Shown here: piece after piece, positions 56,706 to 64,000 of the stretch
How positions within the stretch are numbered: the first letter of the stretch is position 1
Layout: the number at the start of each line of letters is the position of its first letter
Source: Carpediemonas membranifera BICM
Taxonomy: Eukaryota; Protista; Fornicata
NCBI GenBank assembly: GCA_019828565.1
Contig: JAHDYR010000007.1
Span: forward strand, 62,001 to 126,000
Direction: 5' to 3'
DNA: 64,000 bases
Translations under genes and position numbers: made by a program
The notes under the pieces: model-generated
Seen by the model: the letters and a program-made list of their open reading frames with translations, nothing else
Database searches by the model: none
What the model was told of the DNA's origin: nothing

Positions 56706-59700
56706 ATGGTAACGTTCGATCTAGAGATCAAAATGCCGCGGTTTTCCGCGGCGAACATCACGATAGAAGGAGTGGAGAAGTTTGAGAGAGAAGTGCGTGT
56801 AGCGATCGCCTCCAAGCACGATTACCCGGTTGCTCTATTGCTGCCGAGCGGGCTAGCGAAGGAACTCGAGAGCTCCAAGCCCGGATTGACCGCCGAAACG
56901 GCCACAAAGGAGGAAGTCTTTGATTTTCTCCGAGAGCTCGCTGCCCCCAAGTCGCTTCAGCAGCTTAAGAAGCATCTCCGCTCCATCGACTGTCCCACAA
57001 AGGACACCAGTGGTTATCGCACTCATCTTGCCGCCGTGCGCGATTATACGGATCGATTCAAGAGAGCCGCCGACTACGCTCAGCGCGTGGCCTCGAAGGA
57101 GCGCAAGGACGGACACCGTCGCCTGTACGGCACCAAGAAGACTAAGGTTCCAGTCCTCTCGGAGGACGGCGCCTCAGCAACGGTCGTCGAAAAGGACGTC
57201 CCCTGGACCGCAGACGAAGTCGCGGCCAAGCGGGCCGAGGCCTTCGAAAAGACCGCATCCAAGATGTGCATGACGAGGCTTAAGCCCCAGATATTGTACG
57301 AGCGAGTAGAGATGGAACGTTCTCTGCTCCGCCCTAGCAAGCTCATCGACCTAATCGAGCTCATCAAGCTCGAGGCCGAATGCCTTGACGACGAACCTCC
57401 TACTGAGGAGGTCACGGAAGGCAAGCGCAAGGCCCCAGTGGCCGACGCTCAACGTAACCTGCGGCACCCCCGTGGAGGCAGTGGCCAATCGGGTACCGCC
57501 CGTGTCGCTGAACCACAAGCCCAGACTCCCGCAGCCACGACGGCAACGCAGCCCAGCAAGCCGCGCAAGCCTTTCAGACCATGCAGGATCTGCCAGGGTA
57601 GCCACTATGACTGGGAGTGCCCCCAGAAGAAGGGTCGCCACGATCAGGGCGGGCTGCGCCCGCACCCGAAGAAGGTCGACCCCCGCTCGCGCGAGGCTAA
57701 CTTGGCAGTCAGCGAAGAAGCCGTCGTCGTCCAGGCCATGATAAATGGCCATGAATACAACGTCTATGTCGACACTGGAGCATCGATCTCCTTCATTGGG
57801 AGCCAGGCTGTTTATGAGTTGATCCCAAAAGCCGACACGAAGATCATCCAGCTCGATAGCGAGTTAATGGTGAGAACAGCTAATGCTACAGTCCGGTGCT
57901 CTAGTGCCGTGAGAATGCAGCTGTGTATACCGTCCATCAGCGACTGGCCAGTAGAGTTCACAACTTTGTTCGTCATTCTCCCGGGCCTAAAGGATAAGGT
58001 CATCATGGGATGCAGCACGCTCCGAGAACTGGGACTCCTGAACGACGAAGAACTCCATATCAGATTTAAGCAGCCCGAAGAGGCAGAGAACGATACGGCC
58101 ACGGAGCCCTTCACTCCAGAGTACATGGCCGCACTAGCAACGTCTGACAAGAGCGAACTGGAGAAGATCACGCTCGTTGATGACGACGATGGGCGAATCA
58201 AAGCGCTGTGCGAAGAGTTCAGCGAGATCTTCGACAGAGAGCTGCCCAGAGAAGGCAGCGCCCTGCCAAGAGCACGAGTACCGCTCGACGAGTCGGTGCC
58301 GTTCCACCGACACCTCAAAGCACGGCCCCTGAAGCCGGGTGTGAGAGAGCGGGTCCAAGAGGAACTAAGAAGTCTCGAGAGCAAGGGCCTGATCCAAGAC
58401 GCCTCGGGGCCGTATGCCTCTCCGGTGGTAGCAGTCCTCACAGGACATAAGGGCTCGTCCAAGCTACGTCTGTGTGGAGACTACTCGGAGATTAACAAGG
58501 CGACGGTCCGCGACCGATATCCGCTCCCCGACATCCGGTCCTTCATCACAGAAGCAGCAGGATCCACAAGATTCGGTTGCATGGACCTCAGAGAGGGGTA
58601 TCACCAGATACTGATGGAGCCAGAGGACATACCGAAGACGGCTATCATCACACCAGATGGCTACAAGGAGTACACCCGCCTGCCCTTCGGCCTCACCAAC
58701 GCGCCCGCACATTTCCAGAGAGCCATGGATTCTGCCTTTGCTCCACTGAGACAGCGGGGCGTGAGTGCCTATCTCGACGACATTCGAGTACACGCAGGGT
58801 CGACAGACGAGTTCATCGAGCGTCTTCGGGCGTCCTTCGAGACTTGTCGTCAATATAGACTCCGACTGAAAGCCGAGAAGTGCATCTTCGGGGCCCGGTC
58901 CGTTGAGATTGTGGGCTATATATGCGACAAGGATGGATACAGACTGTCTCACCAACGTGTAGAAGCAGTTAAGAACATCAGACGTCCCAGAACACTGAAA
59001 GAGCTGCAGACAACGCTCGGATCGTTTAACTACGTCTCAAAGTTTGTGCACGACTCCTCTCGGATGCTTCGACCACTTCAGAACCTTAAGAAAGGTGGCA
59101 ATAGGGACATTGAAGGTCGCTGGGATGCACGCTGCCAAGAAGCGTTCGACAACTTCAAGGAGAAGCTCTCGGCGACAACAAGCTTAGCCTTCCCGGACCT
59201 GACCAAGAAGTGGACGCTTCACACCGACGCCTCCAACGAAGGGTTCGGAGGTATGCTCACACAACGATCAGAGGACGGAGCCGAAGAGCTCGTCAGCCTC
59301 TTCTCGGGCACATTTACCGAGACGCAAAGCAGATGGAGCACATATGAGCAGGAGCTCTACGCTATCCTGTACGCCGTGACGCGCCCGGACCTGACGGCCC
59401 TGTTCAAGATCCATCCGCACTTTAAGGTCATGTCGGATCACCGCAACCTAGTTTACCTCAATAACAAGAAGTATGTGAACGACAAGATCCTAAGGTGGTC
59501 CTTGATACTTTCGGATTACCATTTTACCGTTTCACACGTCGCAGGATCGTCCAACGTTGTGGCTGATCATCTTTCCAGAATATCCAACACATTGCTGGTT
59601 GCTTTGGAGAATACAGCCAATAGCTTCACACAACTGATCAAAGACACGCAAGAACGTGACTTCTCAGACGAGGAGCGCGAACAGTACAAGAACATTCAGC

Positions 59701-61004
59701 ACGACGGGATAATCACGGTGGAAGGTATTCCCGTGATCCCGCAGGCCTCGGCAGAGCTTAAGCGACGTATACTGAAGCACGCTCATCGCTGGCATGAAGG
59801 CCGAGACAAGACAATACAGAAGGCCAAGGAGATTGGCATTTGGGCCGGCCTGGCGAGTGACGCTAGCAACACCGTCAAGACGTGCCCCGTCTGCGCAAAG
59901 ACGCGGATTAGACAATACATCCAGGACAACAAGATCTTCAGAACCACGAGCACGACGCCCTGGAGGTCCATCGCGATCGACACGATCGGTCCGATTAGCA
60001 TGGACTCCGAAGGCAACCGATACATCTATGTCATCACCGACTTATGCACACGGTACACCGAGCTTATGCCATCACACGCCAACGACGCAGAGAGCGCCAC
60101 CAAGGCCCTGTGGCAGAGTGTCCTGAGACACGGTATCCCGCAGTATATCAAGTCCGACAACGGCGTCGAATACACCAACAAGCTCGTGGAGGGCCTAGTA
60201 GAGACACTTAAGACCCACCACCAATATACCCTCCCCTACAGCCCGGAGTCCAACGGAGTTGTTGAACGTCGCAACGGAGAGGTCATGAGACACATTCGAT
60301 GGATGGTGTTGGCAATGGACAGTTTTGATCATTGGTCTCACGTCTTGCCGCTAGCACAACACATTTTGAACAACACTACGCACTCAGATACGGGATTCTC
60401 CCCCAATGAGCTCATCTATGGCCGGCGCAACGACATCGGCCGGGTTCAGCTAGGCGACGTGATGACGTCGAATGAGCCGGAGGGGGAGGTAAGGAATGCC
60501 GCGGACTACCTGAGAGCGCTTCGTGATCTGCAACAGCTCGCTGACGAGACATTAGTTGACGAGGGCTCAGAGGACTTCCGCAAGTTCAAGGAAGAGGTCA
60601 TCGAGCCTGGAATGCTGGTTTTCAAGAGACCAGTGACGAAGAACAAGCTACACGGACTGCTTGGGCCCTACAAGGTCCTGGCCCAGAAAGGTAAGGCCGT
60701 GGAACTCGAGTCGGTCCTTGAACAACGCAGAGAGGTTGTCCACAGGTCCAAGCTCGCACCGTGCCCGGCTATAGAGCTGACTCAAGCCCGACAGATGCGG
60801 GCGTCAGACGACGAGTTATACGTCGCTGAAGAGATTGTCAAGCATCGCGCGAAGACGCACGAGCTGCTGATCAGATGGGAGGGCTATAAGATCCCCACCT
60901 GGGAGAAGTACTCCACAGCTAACAAGCACCTGGGCATCGTCCAGGACTACCTCCGTCGGCATCGCCTACGATGGCGCCCCGTTCAGTTTGAGAACAATCC
61001 CTGA
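56706..61004 (+). CDS. Gag-Pol polyprotein of element B with C-terminal chromodomain
   Basis: CRICQGSHYDWEC knuckle, VDTGAS, LPFGLTNAP, YLDDI, TDASNEG, HAHRWH...CPVC, IDTIGP...SDNG...VERRNG, YVAEEIVKHR...LIRWEGY..PTWE. Confidence 0.97.
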   Translation: MVTFDLEIKMPRFSAANITIEGVEKFEREVRVAIASKHDYPVALLLPSGLAKELESSKPGLTAETATKEEVFDFLRELAAPKSLQQLKKHLRSIDCPTKDTSGYRTHLAAVRDYTDRFKRAADYAQRVASKERKDGHRRLYGTKKTKVPVLSEDGASATVVEKDVPWTADEVAAKRAEAFEKTASKMCMTRLKPQILYERVEMERSLLRPSKLIDLIELIKLEAECLDDEPPTEEVTEGKRKAPVADAQRNLRHPRGGSGQSGTARVAEPQAQTPAATTATQPSKPRKPFRPCRICQGSHYDWECPQKKGRHDQGGLRPHPKKVDPRSREANLAVSEEAVVVQAMINGHEYNVYVDTGASISFIGSQAVYELIPKADTKIIQLDSELMVRTANATVRCSSAVRMQLCIPSISDWPVEFTTLFVILPGLKDKVIMGCSTLRELGLLNDEELHIRFKQPEEAENDTATEPFTPEYMAALATSDKSELEKITLVDDDDGRIKALCEEFSEIFDRELPREGSALPRARVPLDESVPFHRHLKARPLKPGVRERVQEELRSLESKGLIQDASGPYASPVVAVLTGHKGSSKLRLCGDYSEINKATVRDRYPLPDIRSFITEAAGSTRFGCMDLREGYHQILMEPEDIPKTAIITPDGYKEYTRLPFGLTNAPAHFQRAMDSAFAPLRQRGVSAYLDDIRVHAGSTDEFIERLRASFETCRQYRLRLKAEKCIFGARSVEIVGYICDKDGYRLSHQRVEAVKNIRRPRTLKELQTTLGSFNYVSKFVHDSSRMLRPLQNLKKGGNRDIEGRWDARCQEAFDNFKEKLSATTSLAFPDLTKKWTLHTDASNEGFGGMLTQRSEDGAEELVSLFSGTFTETQSRWSTYEQELYAILYAVTRPDLTALFKIHPHFKVMSDHRNLVYLNNKKYVNDKILRWSLILSDYHFTVSHVAGSSNVVADHLSRISNTLLVALENTANSFTQLIKDTQERDFSDEEREQYKNIQHDGIITVEGIPVIPQASAELKRRILKHAHRWHEGRDKTIQKAKEIGIWAGLASDASNTVKTCPVCAKTRIRQYIQDNKIFRTTSTTPWRSIAIDTIGPISMDSEGNRYIYVITDLCTRYTELMPSHANDAESATKALWQSVLRHGIPQYIKSDNGVEYTNKLVEGLVETLKTHHQYTLPYSPESNGVVERRNGEVMRHIRWMVLAMDSFDHWSHVLPLAQHILNNTTHSDTGFSPNELIYGRRNDIGRVQLGDVMTSNEPEGEVRNAADYLRALRDLQQLADETLVDEGSEDFRKFKEEVIEPGMLVFKRPVTKNKLHGLLGPYKVLAQKGKAVELESVLEQRREVVHRSKLAPCPAIELTQARQMRASDDELYVAEEIVKHRAKTHELLIRWEGYKIPTWEKYSTANKHLGIVQDYLRRHRLRWRPVQFENNP

Positions 61005-61024
61005 GAAGGAGAGAGGGGGTAGGA

Positions 61025-61112
61025 TGTCACGGGGCTACTCATATATTTATGGTCTACGTACCATTCTTTGTAAATCACACACTCGTCAATCGTTTTGCCC
61101 TTAACTGGGTCA
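61025..61112 (+). repeat. 3' LTR of element B (88 bp)
   Basis: Identical to 56596-56683. Confidence 0.97.
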
Positions 61113-61872
61113 TCACGCGAACATCCATAACCAACTCCCACGTGTGTGCGTACTTCTCAGCCTTTACAGACTGCACCTTCCACCGCGGGTGACCTTCGGG
61201 GATAGGGCCCCGGGTCAGTCGGCCGTACTGCTTCTTGTCCTTGTCGTACTCCCGGTACCAGCCGTGGAGCAGCTCCGCATCCTTAGCCTGGCAGCGGCCA
61301 ACCTTGTGACCCACTCCGCCACAAGCATAACACTTGAACCTGGCCTCCCGTACACCCGCGCCTTGAGACGATGTCTGAGCCTCCTTCCGCTCAACCGGCT
61401 CATCTTGCCGGGTCTTGGCCTTCTTTCCCGGTCGGGTGACCAGGCCAGTGCGAAGCGCCTTCGCGATGCACTCATCGTAGTCCTCGGCGAGTTCCGCTGC
61501 CCGGGCCTGAACCTTCTCGAGGGTATCGTCGCTGACACCCTCCCTCTTCAGGTCTCTGCGAGTGCTGTGTTCTGGATCAGCTTGCGGTACGTGCGGATAG
61601 TCTCCTTCGGCTTGGGCGTCGCCGACTCGGTCACGTACTCGAGGAACTGATTCACACGAGCGTTGACCAGCGAGACGCGTTCCTTAAGAGAGTCTCCCTT
61701 GTACGAGACCTCCACCTGCGCCATCTTGGTAAGCGTGTCCGCCGCGTCCACGGGCGACACGATGTTGGTCAGAGCGGTACGTAACTGGTCCTCCGTATCG
61801 ACCGGGCCGCTCCTTCCCTTCAGCTCTGCCTCAACAGGCGCTGTGCCATTGTTGGCTTGCGCAGGTAGATCT
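61113..61872 (-). mobile_element. Chromovirus A gag part, 5'-truncated, frameshift near 61558
   Basis: CCHC knuckle FKCYACGGVGHKVGRC. Removing element B and one TSD copy gives in-frame MDVRV|NPKKPAVRMRVGPDTRAN. Confidence 0.88.
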
Positions 61873-63432
61873 GTTTACATAAACTGCACTGGCTCTCACT
61901 TCCCTCCTCAAGGCGAAGCTAGCCAGCTAACGGCGGCCATTGCCCCGGAACTTCCGCTTGTAACGTGCGAAGAGGGGCGTGAGACCTGGGTTGAGGCGTA
62001 GGTAGTCATCCAGGGCGGCGAGGCGGTCGTAATATGCGTTATACGGAATGTACGAGTCCTCGGAGTCTTCTAGGCCTTCCCAGCGGACGAGGAGCTCGAG
62101 GCGTCGGTTGCGCTCGCGGTGGCCGACGATGGCGGAGACTTGTTGTTCGTCTTGTTCGTATGCGGCGATGCGCTCGAGTGTCTTGAGGTCTGCTGTGCCT
62201 GGGTCGAAGCGAATGAGGCGGTCCTGGTGGACGAGCAGCTCGGACTTGGTGACGAGGTCACGGAGGACGAATGTGTTGGGGCTCTTCCCTTCCCTGAGGA
62301 GTTGTAGCGGGCCGCGGACTGGAGGCAGAATCTTGGATGGGGCCTTGTGAGGATATCTCAGGAGCACTAGGCGTTCGAGTTTCCAGTCGAAGTTGTCCGC
62401 CGGTTGGGTTTGTGCGGCCTTGTGACGCTCGTATGCGGCGATCTTCGCGCGGGCTGCGTCGTGCATGGCCTGTATGTCGGTGTGGAATGCGTTAATGGCC
62501 TGGATGGTAGGTGTGTCTTGCGTCGCCTTGGCGGCGCTGATGATGCGTGACTCCGGGAGGGCCGTGAGCGCGGACGTGTGTCCGAAAAGCAGCTCGAACG
62601 GCGTGAAGCCGGTAGTCGAGTGTGTCGAAGTGTTGATATTGTGTTGCACGATTGGGATAAGTGCGGGCCAGTCGGTCGTTTCTGAGTCTAGTAGCAGGGC
62701 GCGCAGTCTGCGCATGATGGTCCCATTGACTCTCTCGACAACGCCGTTACTCTGTGGGTGGTACGCCGTGGAGAACCTGTGGTTCAGGCTGATCTTCTTG
62801 TTGAGAGCGGCGATGGTTGAGTTCTTGAACTGACTTCCCTGGTCTGTCTGGATCAGGCTGGGTGCGCCGAAGAGCGACCACACCTGGAGCATCGCGTCGG
62901 CGGCTTCTTCTGCCGAGGTTGACGCAACCGGCTTGAGCACAGTGAACTTGCTGAAGACGTCGATGAACACGATCACGTGAGCGAGGCCATTTGTCTTTGG
63001 AAGCGGGCCGAGCGTGTCTATCTGCACCGCCTCGAATGGGCGGGTCTTCTGGGTCGTATGCCACTGGGCCTTGGCGATGGGGTGGGATTTGAGCTTCTGG
63101 CAGACTGGGCAAGTCGCGACGTGCTCCGCGACGTCTGAGTTCATGGAAGACCAGGTCTTGCCGGCTTCCTTGAGATGGGCGATCGTTTGTTTGATCGAAG
63201 CATGGCCGTTGGCTCCAGCGTGGGCCTGCTGAATGTCGAAGCGGTGGGTGCTGCTGGCGATTTCGCTGATCGCCGCGCCGCTGGGGCGGGAGAGGGCGTC
63301 CGCGACGACGTTAGTTGTCCCTGCGATATGCATGATGTCGAAGGGGTACTCGGATAGGATGAGTCTCCATCGCGTGAGCTTGCGCGTCCCTTCCTCAGCC
63401 TTGCGAATCATCCACACGATGTTCTTGTGATC
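61873..63432 (-). mobile_element. Ty3/Gypsy chromovirus C fragment (RH end-IN-chromo, PPT, start of 3' LTR)
   Basis: DHKNIVWM...RWRLILSEY, H-H-CPVC, IDTLGP...TDQG...VERVNG, chromodomain VSAIVGHR...LVRWEGLEDSEDSYIP. GAGGAGGGAAG precedes TGAGAG at 61898. Confidence 0.9.
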
Positions 63433-64000
63433 GAAAGAAAGAAAGAAAGAAATTTAACGTATCCTGTACACCTGTGTAAATCAGGGAATTACCAGTTTGC
63501 ACCACCCCATGTCCCCGGGAACGCCTTAGCGTGTTGACTTCCCTTCGTGAGCGAGCCTGATACTACGTTGGGGGCGTTAGCACCATCACCGTCAGGGTCC
63601 AGCTGGTAAGGCTGGGTAGTCCCTTGCATGTTGACCTATCAACTGGCTGGCCCGATACCCCCAAAGTCGGGATAACCCAGGTCTTACTCTTGGGGGTCCT
63701 TCGGGCCCCCGTTCTGCCTGGCACCCGCAAGGCCTTGCCCTGCACACCCGCCACCGGGGCCTTCTGCTCGGTTTCCCCCTACAGGGCTCCTCTCAGGGAT
63801 ATGTTCTCCATACCATTCGACCCAGTTTGCAATTTTTCAGGCACCCGCCGAAGCGGTTTCGGGCTTGGCGTTTGCCGTACCACGCAATTGGGCCAGTTAT
63901 GAAACCCACCGATCATCGCTGGGTAGCTATATGATTCACGGCTGCGTTCGGGCTCTTCCACACTTTCCGTTCCGGCATGGATCCCCTCCTCAAGGATTTG
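63433..64000 (-). mobile_element. Highly structured non-coding element ending in (TTTC)5, interrupting element C; SINE or retroposon 3' region (runs off window)
   Basis: No credible ORF, dense hairpins including a C-UUCG-G tetraloop, and a simple-repeat tail abutting the RNase H codons of C. Confidence 0.5.

Larger units (their letters stand above)
56596..61112 (+). mobile_element. Intact Ty3/Gypsy chromovirus B, 4517 bp, TSD TCAC
   Basis: Identical 88-bp TG...CA LTRs, TCAC at 56592-56595 and 61113-61116, purine tract 61003-61024, single open gag-pol. Confidence 0.97.

Noticed and set aside
56706-56722. TGGTAACGTTCG as a tRNA primer-binding site
   Set aside because: It is 23 nt from the LTR and overlaps the start codon; a PBS should lie within a few nt of the LTR.
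61872-61898. A complete 27-bp TG...CA LTR for element C
   Set aside because: Too short to be credible, and the related sequence at 51352-51377 continues differently, implying truncation; the partner LTR is not in the window.
63740-63810. Hammerhead ribozyme or SRP RNA call within the structured element
   Set aside because: The core deviates from CUGANGA...GAAA/NUH, the helix-8-like motif is one base short, and no Alu domain was seen. Left as unidentified.
1-64000. rRNA, tRNA, telomeric repeats or prokaryotic contamination
   Set aside because: None recognised. The prokaryote-like genes are interleaved with intron-containing eukaryotic genes and share host signals.

Overview
Compact, GC-rich eukaryotic DNA from a flagellated, probably anaerobic protist. 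Tiny 28-34 nt spliceosomal introns, short intergenic regions, a bacterial-type NADP-GDH and an outer-arm dynein suggest a free-living metamonad/fornicate (Carpediemonas-like); this is inference. Bases 1-49.6 kb are gene-dense: CIP2A-like protein, GDH, Patched/NPC1-like SSD protein, 7TM-RGS, dynein gamma heavy chain, Rpp21, longin R-SNARE, Rrs1, B9D1, an archaeal-type radical SAM/SPASM enzyme, a signal-peptide-bearing GBP/atlastin-like GTPase, a myristoylated EEEAARK-repeat protein, a PH+HMA fusion and a kinesin. From 49.7 kb to the end lies a nested mobile-element stack. It holds a Fanzor/TnpB-like RuvC nuclease gene in two copies that share a structured 3' non-coding end (candidate omega-RNA). 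It also holds three Ty3/Gypsy chromoviruses with very short LTRs (one intact, 88-bp identical LTRs, 4-bp TSD) and a highly structured, (TTTC)5-tailed non-coding element. Best candidates for new biology: (1) the Fanzor/omega-RNA locus, whose 3' flank matches a retrotransposon LTR; (2) ultra-short-LTR chromoviruses without a tRNA PBS; (3) long introns whose internal hairpins reduce them to the ~30-nt standard length. All family assignments come from motif recognition by eye, not database searches.
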